32,000 bases of DNA from Desulfocapsa sulfexigens DSM 10523. Its GTDB lineage: Bacteria; Desulfobacterota; Desulfobulbia; Desulfobulbales; Desulfocapsaceae. The stretch is taken from positions 3,240,001 through 3,272,000 of the forward strand of contig NC_020304.1 of the NCBI RefSeq assembly GCF_000341395.1, given 5' to 3'. The notes below the pieces were generated by a model. That model saw nothing but the letters and a program-made list of their open reading frames with translations, was not told where the DNA came from and ran no database searches. Positions 26,642 through 32,000 of this stretch are shown here, in pieces; position 1 is the first letter of the stretch, and the number at the start of each line of letters is the position of its first letter. The position numbers and the translations under genes were made by a program.

Positions 26642-26764
26642 TCTAGATAACATTCACTGTGACTGGTTAACCAGAAGAAAATAGCCTATCATGGACCACT
26701 TCAGATTGTCAATGGAGATGGCGACCCGGAGTTATCTAGAAAACTAGACAATAACTTGTTGGGC
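26642..26764 (+). other. attI region with recombination core GTTGGGC (26758-26764) and candidate cassette promoter
   Basis: GTTGGGC is the exact complement of the inverse core GCCCAAC of the first attC, placing the crossover between G26758 and T26759. TAAC/GTTA-containing elements lie at 26642-26651, 26731-26740 and 26752-26755. A candidate outward promoter is TGGTTA (26664-26669), 17 nt, TATCAT (26687-26692); this is weak and unverified. Confidence 0.55.
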
Positions 26765-26773
26765 AACAAAAAA

Positions 26774-27118
26774 ATGAACAGACTACTTGCCTTAACCCTT
26801 ATACTTGCCACAATAACATTAACAAGTGGCTGCAGCACGATACTAGAGCGGGTTACCTACTCAGAAGAGAATCGAGGACAACTCAATTATTATCCGGCTA
26901 CACAATTTGACATTTTCACAATTAAAAGTGGAGGCGGACTCTATTGCAGTCCTGGTCCGGGAACATTGATTGTCGTCCCTCTTTCAATTATCGATTTGCC
27001 TATCTCATTAGTCACAGACACAATTATGCTTCCTGCCGACATAGCAAGGAAAAACAAAATAGATAAACAAAAACAAAACGAAGCAACCCACAAAGAGCAA
27101 GGCTCGGTGCCTAAATAA
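26774..27118 (+). CDS. cassette 1: YceK/YidQ-like small lipoprotein (DUF1375-like)
   Basis: MNRLLALTLILATITLTSGC has a lipobox. NYYPATQFDI and IIDLPISLVTDTIMLP resemble E. coli YceK (QYYPGVQWDV and ILDLPFSLVFDTLLLP). The start was moved to ATG 26774. Confidence 0.7.
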   Translation: MNRLLALTLILATITLTSGCSTILERVTYSEENRGQLNYYPATQFDIFTIKSGGGLYCSPGPGTLIVVPLSIIDLPISLVTDTIMLPADIARKNKIDKQKQNEATHKEQGSVPK

Positions 27119-27154
27119 ACAAAAACTACCTCAATACGTAGAGTTAAAAAAATT

Positions 27155-27278
27155 GCCCAACAATACGCTCAAGCACGACGCGCAAACTTGCGCTTTGCTA
27201 AATCGGCTTCGGCCATCTCAACACAACCCGAACTTACTTTAACCCAAGCTAGGCGCGCGTCTTAGCTTTGCGTTATAC
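27155..27278 (+). repeat. attC site 1 (124 bp, subtype A)
   Basis: R'' is GCCCAAC at 27155-27161 and R' is GTTATAC at 27272-27278. The arms GCTCAAGCACGACGCGC and GGCGCGCGTCTTAGC pair, with bulged bases on the 5' arm. The AAC-AATAC-GCTCAAGC layout resembles aadA-type attC (AAC-AATTC-GTTCAAGC). Confidence 0.88.
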
Positions 27279-27288
27279 CAATCAAACC

Positions 27289-28017
27289 ATGAAAGCACCT
27301 TGTACCCTACTCCTTATAACCTTCCTTTTTTCCCTGAATGGTTGCGCAGTTGTGACACATATTGGGCCGTATGAAGGAAAAATTGTAGATGCAGAAACTG
27401 GTAAGCCTATTGAGGGAGCTTTGATTTATTCTTACATATCCACAGAATCTCCTAGTGTAGCAGGAACGGTGTCACACTATGCTGGTTACACACAAACTTT
27501 TTCAGACCAAAATGGCTGTTTTAAAATAAGCAAGTTACTTTTCGCGTTTAGGCCACTAGCAATATGGGGTGATGAACATTTTATAATATCAAAACCTGAA
27601 TACATATCATCAGCATATACTTCACATGGTAACAACATTGAAGAATCTAAAGAGAATATTATTAGGTTAAAAAAATTTAAAAAAGAACCATATTTGAAAT
27701 CAAAAATTTATGAACCATATATACCTTACAGTATAACATATGAAGAACAAAAATACTTGGGAGTGATAAATGATATAAACAGAATGTATAAACTTCTTTC
27801 TCCATCCAAATTAACCATAGAAGAATATTACAATGTATTAAGTCAAACTAAAAACAAGGGCAATGTCGAATCAAAAAAATATTCCCATTATGAACTTGAA
27901 CTGTGGAAAGACTTTGGGGTAGCGTTACAAGTATATGAGCAAGAGTGGAAGAAAAGATCATTTACTCAAGAAAAACCAGGAGAGACTTTAGGAATTGAGT
28001 CACAAATCCTTAAATAA
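27289..28017 (+). CDS. cassette 2: orphan lipoprotein, N-terminal carboxypeptidase-regulatory-like beta domain, novel Lys/Tyr-rich C-terminal half
   Basis: MKAPCTLLLITFLFSLNGC has a lipobox. GKIVDAETGKPIEGALIY...DQNGCFKI resembles the CarboxypepD_reg fold motif. I do not recognise the remaining ~150 aa. The start was moved to ATG 27289, because the ORF-track TTG start lies inside attC1. Confidence 0.7.
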   Translation: MKAPCTLLLITFLFSLNGCAVVTHIGPYEGKIVDAETGKPIEGALIYSYISTESPSVAGTVSHYAGYTQTFSDQNGCFKISKLLFAFRPLAIWGDEHFIISKPEYISSAYTSHGNNIEESKENIIRLKKFKKEPYLKSKIYEPYIPYSITYEEQKYLGVINDINRMYKLLSPSKLTIEEYYNVLSQTKNKGNVESKKYSHYELELWKDFGVALQVYEQEWKKRSFTQEKPGETLGIESQILK

Positions 28018-28026
28018 ACAACAATG

Positions 28027-28146
28027 GTATAACAATTCGCTCAAGCACGACGCGCGAGCACGCCAGTTTTATCGGCTTCGGCCAACTCACTTCAACCCGA
28101 ACTTACTCAACCTCTGCTAGGCGCGCGTCTTAGCTTTGCGTTAGGG
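28027..28146 (+). repeat. attC site 2 (120 bp, subtype B)
   Basis: R'' GTATAAC (28027-28033) is the complement of the attC1 R' GTTATAC. R' is GTTAGGG at 28140-28146. It shares the arms GCTCAAGCACGACGCGC and GGCGCGCGTCTTAGCTTTGC with the other sites. Confidence 0.88.
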
Positions 28147-28152
28147 CCAAAA

Positions 28153-28620
28153 ATGAATGAGCCTGATATTCAAATTGAAATAGCATCTAAAAATGATGCT
28201 AATGAAATTTTGGAAATCCAAAAATCAGCCTTTCTAGGCCAAGCAGCCATTTATAACAACTATGAACTGCCACCGCTTACACAAAGCCTGGAGTCAATTG
28301 AAAATGAATTCGGTGAAAAAACCTTTTTGAAAGTTGTAATCAATGGGCAAATCATTGGGGCAGTCAGATTTAAGCAAAAAGAAGGCATCGTAACTATCGA
28401 TCGAATCGTAGTTAAACCAGAGTATCAAAATAAAGGCATTGGAACATTATTGCTTAAACAAATTGAAAAAATAGCTACAAATCCAAAGTCTTATCAATTG
28501 TTCACGGGCAACAAAAGCTCCAGAAATATTCATCTATACGAAAAATCAGGTTATAAAGTTATAAAAAAAGAAACTACTAACCAGGGTATCGAACTACTAA
28601 AAATGGAAAAATTGCCCTAA
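28153..28620 (+). CDS. cassette 3: GNAT family N-acetyltransferase
   Basis: 155 aa. The acetyl-CoA motif A is IVVKPEYQNKGIGTLLLKQIE, followed by HLYEKSGYKV. The ATG lies 12 nt inside the cassette boundary. The stop TAA (28618-28620) lies inside R'' of attC3. Confidence 0.88.
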   Translation: MNEPDIQIEIASKNDANEILEIQKSAFLGQAAIYNNYELPPLTQSLESIENEFGEKTFLKVVINGQIIGAVRFKQKEGIVTIDRIVVKPEYQNKGIGTLLLKQIEKIATNPKSYQLFTGNKSSRNIHLYEKSGYKVIKKETTNQGIELLKMEKLP

Positions 28621-28739
28621 CAATACGCTCAAGCACGACGCGCAAACTTGCGCTTCGCTAAATCGGCTTCGGCCATCTCAATTACAACTCTAACTTAACT
28701 TAACCCCGGCTAGGCGCGCGTCTTAGCTTTGCGTTATAT
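28615..28739 (+). repeat. attC site 3 (125 bp, subtype A)
   Basis: R'' CCCTAAC (28615-28621) is the complement of the attC2 R' GTTAGGG. R' is GTTATAT at 28733-28739. The 5' half is nearly identical to attC1. Confidence 0.88.
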
Positions 28740-28781
28740 GGCAAAACAATCACGAACTACACTTCATCTCTAATCTGCAAC

Positions 28782-28810
28782 TTGACAGAAAAGCTCATCA
28801 CAATTATAAT
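28782..28810 (+). promoter_or_regulatory. consensus sigma70 promoter of the vapBC cassette with repeated operator-like motif
   Basis: TTGACA (28782-28787), exactly 17 nt, TATAAT (28805-28810). The 9-mer ACAATTATA occurs twice (ACAATTATA-ATT-ACAATTATA) across and after the -10. The GAGGTG RBS lies 6 nt before ATG 28850. Confidence 0.65.
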
Positions 28811-28849
28811 TACAATTATATTATGAACAAATCTCAGTGAGGTGCGATT

Positions 28850-29083
28850 ATGGGTCAAGTAACTATCTATCTCGACAATGAGACAGAAAACAAATTGAAA
28901 AAAGCTGCCAAATCTAGTCACCTTTCCGTTAGCAAATGGGTTGCGGGGGTTATAGAAGAAAAAGTAACAACTGAATGGCCTCAGGATGTCGTCAAGTTGG
29001 CAGGCAGCTGGAAAGACGATTTTCCAACCATCCATGAGATAAGATCGACCACCGGCCATGACTCCCCAAGGGAGGAACTCTAA
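28850..29083 (+). CDS. vapB: cassette 4: type II antitoxin, ribbon-helix-helix (VapB-like)
   Basis: 77 aa. MGQVTIYLDNETENKLKKAAKSSHLSVSKWVAGVIEE is an RHH fold signature. The stop lies 2 nt before the PIN toxin start. Confidence 0.8.
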   Translation: MGQVTIYLDNETENKLKKAAKSSHLSVSKWVAGVIEEKVTTEWPQDVVKLAGSWKDDFPTIHEIRSTTGHDSPREEL

Positions 29084-29085
29084 AA

Positions 29086-29478
29086 TTGTATCTCCTTGAC
29101 ACAAACACACTTATTTATTTCTTCAAAGGTCTGGGTAATGTGGCAGAGAACCTACTGTCTAAATCCCCAAAAGATATTTCCATACCTTCAATTGCTCTTT
29201 ATGAACTTGAGGTGGGGATAGCAAAATCAAACAGCCCGAAAAAAAGAAAGAAACAACTAGAATCGCTAATCTCACGCATCACCGTATTACCCTTTGCTTC
29301 AAAAGAGGCCGAAGTTGCCGCAGTGATCAGAGCAGAACTTGAAAATATAGGCACACCAATAGGCCCCTATGACACTTTCATCGCAGGAATTGCCTTGAGT
29401 TCAAACGCTACACTAGTCACACACAACACAAAAGAATTCAATAGAGTTGAAGGCTTGAGCCTTGAAGACTGGTTCTAA
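29086..29478 (+). CDS. vapC: cassette 4: type II toxin VapC (PIN domain ribonuclease)
   Basis: (M)YLLDTNTLIYFFKG, YELEVG, YDTFIAGIAL and THNTKEF carry the PIN acidic residues. It uses a TTG start and is coupled to vapB. Confidence 0.88.
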   Translation: MYLLDTNTLIYFFKGLGNVAENLLSKSPKDISIPSIALYELEVGIAKSNSPKKRKKQLESLISRITVLPFASKEAEVAAVIRAELENIGTPIGPYDTFIAGIALSSNATLVTHNTKEFNRVEGLSLEDWF

Positions 29479-29488
29479 AAAAACTGCC

Positions 29489-29605
29489 ATATAATTCGCT
29501 CAAGCACGACGCGCGAGCACGCTAGTTTTATCAGCTTCGGCCAACTTAATACAACACGAACCTACTCAACCTCTGCCAGGCGCGCGTCTTAGCTTTGCGC
29601 TAATA
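29489..29605 (+). repeat. attC site 4 (117 bp, subtype B), degenerate at both R boxes
   Basis: The internal arms are identical to the other attCs. R'' reads ATATAAT-TCGC, lacking the AAC triplet; GCCATATAACAATTCGC is expected from attC3 R' GTTATATGGC, so 3 bp are missing. R' reads GCTAATA (29599-29605) instead of GTTRRRY. Confidence 0.75.
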
Positions 29606-29696
29606 TTGCCATGTCGAAGTTCTTAATATCCTACCAATACCTCTATTTTACCTTAGTCCTGACAGGGTAGAACCCCCTAGTTTTCCGGAATTGTTT

Positions 29697-29742
29697 AGAA
29701 ATGGAGCAACCACAAAGAAGAGCTTACCAAAGAATATCACGA
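29697..29742 (+). repeat. direct repeat copy A flanking the parDE module
   Basis: agaaatggagcaaccacaaagaagagcttaccaaagaatatcacga matches 30495-30540 at 41 of 46 positions. It overlaps the last two codons of parE. Confidence 0.7.
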
Positions 29743-30054
29743 ATCAATGAGGGCTTCATAATGCCGCCCTCCATAAAAAACATTTAGAATCTGTACCGTC
29801 GAATCTGCCTCATCTACAAGGAATGCTGCAACAGCTTTGTTATCAAGAGGATAAATTCTTAACCCGTCCATCAGATCACTTCGCAATTGACCTCTTATTG
29901 GAAAAGTTTCTAGCTCCTGACACTTGGACTTGAGCCTTTCCATATAGTTCCAAGCCCTTTCGGGGAAACCACTTTGCTCAACTATATAAAGATAAATATC
30001 TTCTAGGTCCTTGATCGCATCCGGCATAAAATAGACACGATATTTATCCATCAA
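29737..30054 (-). CDS. parE: type II toxin, RelE/ParE family
   Basis: 105 aa. YRVYFMPDAIKDLEDIYLYI...FPERAWNYMERLKSKCQELETFPIRG...ILNVFYGGRHYE is the ParE pattern. It overlaps parD by 11 nt. Confidence 0.85.
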   Translation of the reverse strand: MMDKYRVYFMPDAIKDLEDIYLYIVEQSGFPERAWNYMERLKSKCQELETFPIRGQLRSDLMDGLRIYPLDNKAVAAFLVDEADSTVQILNVFYGGRHYEALIDS

Positions 30055-30331
30055 TTTCCCCTTTCAGTTTTCGTTTGTGTAACTCCTCAATTCTGCTAAA
30101 TGCTTCTTCAATGGGTACTGGTTCACCATTATTCTTGGATTTCTCCAAACGGTTACGTATGAGGGCCAGACGTATTTCATGCTCTTCTTCTTTTTTTTGC
30201 CAAAGCCTCATCGCTTCTCTTATCAACTCGCTGGTAGAGCCATAGGAGCCAGAGCTCACTTTTTGCTTGATTGAGGAAAGCATATCCCGGGGTAGAGTAA
30301 TTGTAATTCGTTCCGCTTTTTCTTGTTGCAT
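30044..30331 (-). CDS. parD: type II antitoxin ParD (RHH, COG3609-like)
   Basis: ITITLPRDMLSSIKQKVSSGSYGSTSELIREAMRLWQKKEEE is the ParD signature. An AAGGAGG RBS lies 8 nt upstream of the ATG. Confidence 0.85.
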   Translation of the reverse strand: MQQEKAERITITLPRDMLSSIKQKVSSGSYGSTSELIREAMRLWQKKEEEHEIRLALIRNRLEKSKNNGEPVPIEEAFSRIEELHKRKLKGEIDG

Positions 30332-30393
30332 TGTGTTGACCTCCTTGTGAGTATGATTTAATCATACCACTATTAATTACATGGGGCAACCGC

Positions 30394-30424
30394 AATGCAA
30401 CTCAATATTTTGAGCTGTTGCATT
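30394..30424 (-). promoter_or_regulatory. imperfect palindrome upstream of parD, candidate operator/promoter
   Basis: AATGCAACTCAA-tatt-TTGAGcTGTTGCATT lies 63-93 nt upstream of the parD start. On the minus strand, TTGCAT, 17 nt, ATTAAT could serve as -35 and -10. Confidence 0.4.
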
Positions 30425-30494
30425 TAAAATGTGCTTAACTAAATGGTGACTTTAACCACAGTAAACAGACTTGACTATTCAATTGAAATTGATC

Positions 30495-30540
30495 AGAAAT
30501 GGAGCAACTACAAAGAAGAGCTTACCGAAGAACACCTCGA
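30495..30540 (+). repeat. direct repeat copy B flanking the parDE module
   Basis: agaaatggagcaactacaaagaagagcttaccgaagaacacctcga. Weaker similarity continues on both sides: gaaattgatc versus ggaattgttt upstream, and tcaatcgggtttcacaa versus tcaatgagggcttcataa downstream. Confidence 0.7.
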
Positions 30541-30711
30541 TATTTCAATCGGGTTTCACAAGTTGCGTAATACTTAATACTATTGGGTCGGACCAAGTTA
30601 CCCAACTGATATAGCAATAGAAATACCTCAAAAACACCCGTTTTAATCCCTTATGGCCTCCTTCCCCCCAAAAAAAAGGACCCTCTAAGGAAATACAGAG
30701 GGCTGGTATCC

Positions 30712-31245
30712 ATGCCAAGAGCAAACTAACATTATATACCCGGCTGCGTCTGGCACATCACCCACAGATGTCTATGGACCCTGTGTACCTGACTATATTG
30801 CCACTTCCAACCATATCCACCTGCTGGTGGTGGACACCAGGGAAGATGTAATTCCCAACAGCATGCTGCTCATTGCAGGCCGGACTGTACAGGAGTATAA
30901 CCAGCGAAAGAGTCGAAAAGGCACCTTCTGGGAGGATCGATACCATGCCAGTGCGGTGGAGACGGATGAACATCTGGCAAAGTGTCTGGTCTAGATCGAC
31001 CTCAACATGGTGCGGGCAGGAGGGGTGAAACACCCGTTGGAATATACGTTGAGCGGCTTCAATGAAATCCAGAGGCCGAAACAGCGGTATACCGTGATCG
31101 ATCGCCTTTGATCGATCTTTTTTCCGTTGGCAGTCAAGAACATTTTCGTTAGAAACATAAACAGTGGGTTGAGACAGAACTGGGGGCAGATAAACAACAA
31201 CGGAAGGCTTTTTGGAGTGAATCAATCGCTGTATGCGTATTCCAG
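30712..31245 (+). pseudogene. decayed IS200/IS605-type (RayT-like) Y1 HUH transposase
   Basis: Frame 1 reads MPRAN*HYIPGCVWHITHRC. Frame 2 reads DYIATSNHIHLLVVD...GTFWEDRYHASAVETDEHLAKCLV*IDLNMVRAGGVKHP...SGFNEI. A third frame reads KAFWSESIAV. There are stops at 30727 and 30992, at least two frameshifts, and about 35 aa missing between HRC and the HUH motif. Confidence 0.7.
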
Positions 31246-31251
31246 TGAATC

Positions 31252-31327
31252 CGGCCACCCAGTCCACTTGATTCCGGCCAGTAATTCCACGGCAAAGCGG
31301 CCACCCAGTCCAGAGGATTCCGGCCAG
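31252..31327. repeat. two 30-bp direct repeats in the IS21 terminus
   Basis: CGGCCACCCAGTCCA-ctt-GATTCCGGCCAG at 31252-31281 and CGGCCACCCAGTCCA-gag-GATTCCGGCCAG at 31298-31327 match at 27 of 30 positions. Confidence 0.7.
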
Positions 31328-31379
31328 GGTGTCGGAGCGTAGCGACGCGAATATTTCCTTCTTACTCTGTGTGTTGCTC

Positions 31380-32000
31380 TCACGTCAAGCGTGCTTTCTT
31401 TTTTCTCATAGATTCTCCTTTCAGTTTGATTTTGTGAGCGGCATGTACCAGACGGTCAAGAATGGCGTCGGCTAAAGTCGGATCTCCGATCCGCTCATGC
31501 CAGTGCTCTACCGGTAATTGACTGGTTACCAAGGTAGATTTGAGGCCGTGTCTGTCTTCCAGTATTTCTAGTAAATCATGGCGTTGCTCCTGGTTGAGTG
31601 TGGCCAGTCCATAGTCATCAAGTACCAATAGATCTGTTTTTGAATAGACAGTCAGTAACTTCAGATAACGGCCATCCCCCTTGGCAAGAGCCAGATCTTC
31701 AAAGAGTTTACTCAGACGGAGATAGAGAGCACTATAGCCTTCTCTGCATGCCTTTTGGGCCAAGGCACAGGCAAGATAGGATTTGCCGACTCCAGTGGGG
31801 CCGGTAATAAGCAGATTGGTATGTTCCTTTATCCAGTTGCAGTCAGCCAGCCTGGTTACCAGTGACCTATCCAGACCACGCGGATGACGGAAGTCTACAT
31901 CCTCGATTGAGCCATCCTGCCGCAGCTTTGCCTTTCTGAGTCTGGTCTGAAGTTTTCTGGTTTCCCTGACCGCCTGCTCGCGGTCAAGTAACAGACCGAG
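31380..32000 (-). CDS. istB: IS21-family helper ATPase IstB (5' end outside the window)
   Basis: The frame is open from the window edge: LGLLLDREQAVRETRKLQTRLRKAKL...LLITGPTGVGKSYLACALAQKACREGYSALY...LLVLDDYG...LVTSQLPVEHWHE...ADAILDRLVH. It has Walker A, Walker B and the IstB C-terminal motifs. The ORF-track start at 31763 is an internal Met. Confidence 0.9.
   Translation of the reverse strand, partial: LGLLLDREQAVRETRKLQTRLRKAKLRQDGSIEDVDFRHPRGLDRSLVTRLADCNWIKEHTNLLITGPTGVGKSYLACALAQKACREGYSALYLRLSKLFEDLALAKGDGRYLKLLTVYSKTDLLVLDDYGLATLNQEQRHDLLEILEDRHGLKSTLVTSQLPVEHWHERIGDPTLADAILDRLVHAAHKIKLKGESMRKKKARLT

Larger units (their letters stand above)
25227..29605. mobile_element. chromosomal integron (intI, attI, four attC-bounded cassettes)
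   Basis: A divergent intI is followed by four 117-125 bp homologous attC repeats, each immediately 3' of an ORF or ORF pair on the plus strand. Core and inverse-core complementarity links consecutive sites (see findings). Confidence 0.88.
31246..32000 (-). mobile_element. IS21-family insertion sequence, istB-proximal end (continues beyond the window)
   Basis: istB is followed by a ~130-bp terminal region containing two 30-bp direct repeats typical of IS21 multiple terminal repeats. The outer boundary is provisionally placed at TG 31246-31247; the exact end is not certain. Confidence 0.65.

Noticed and set aside
26657-26674. Possible E. coli-type LexA box (CTGT-N8-ACAG) upstream of intI, as in many integrons.
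   Set aside because: The spacing does not fit: it is CTG-N12-CAG or CTG-N6-CAG. Only the different palindrome CTGGTTAACCAG is present, and it is reported as an unassigned candidate operator instead.
28757-29110. 117-aa minus-strand ORF overlapping vapB.
   Set aside because: It lies antisense to the vapB-vapC pair, which has a consensus promoter, an RBS and family motifs. The minus-strand ORF would run into the promoter and attC3.
27155-29605. Four regularly spaced homologous repeats could suggest a CRISPR array.
   Set aside because: The repeats are 117-125 bp long and internally imperfect palindromes. The intervening 'spacers' are 470-750 bp and hold complete ORFs. An integron integrase is adjacent rather than cas genes. 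These are attC sites.
30394-30424. The palindrome AATGCAAC...GTTGCATT upstream of parD, considered as a short attC (ATGCAAC / GTTGCAT as R boxes).
   Set aside because: It is only 31 bp, with no room for L boxes or a spacer, and it is unrelated to the array's attC family. Its position relative to parD fits an autoregulatory operator better.
30758-31267. 169-aa minus-strand ORF in the ORF track.
   Set aside because: It lies antisense to the clearly recognisable Y1 transposase pseudogene on the plus strand, and its sequence has no protein-like features. It is a shadow ORF.

Overview
The window has two parts. Positions 1-25107 look like core chromosome of an anaerobe-type bacterium. The gene content is Desulfobacterota-like, but taxonomy cannot be verified from sequence alone. 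This part holds tRNA-Thr(CGU), a nine-heme lipoprotein cytochrome c with rlpA, and a trpEGDCF operon without trpBA. It also holds rpsT, a cNMP-binding/DUF4388 regulator, a U32 peptidase and an hslR / IMP-cyclohydrolase-only purH / purN / pyrR cluster. The remaining core genes are metF with a FolE2-like gene, yjgA, recD2, a SleB-type hydrolase, a TPR-panC-panD-DegT aminotransferase operon and xseA. Positions 25108-32000 are accessory DNA. The main finding is a complete chromosomal integron. It has an integron integrase (25227-26615, minus strand) with the IntI-specific insertion and an unusual ~135-aa N-terminal extension, plus an attI ending in GTTGGGC (26758-26764). Four homogeneous 117-125 bp attC sites delimit four cassettes: a YceK-like lipoprotein, an orphan 242-aa lipoprotein, a GNAT acetyltransferase and a vapBC module with its own consensus promoter. 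The inverse core of each attC is complementary to the core of the preceding site, which is the signature of cassette recombination. The last attC has lost both conserved triplets. Downstream lie an inverted parDE module bracketed by about 46 bp imperfect direct repeats, a decayed IS200/RayT-like Y1 transposase pseudogene, and the end of an IS21-family element (istB runs off the window). Many ORF-track entries are antisense shadows and were not called.
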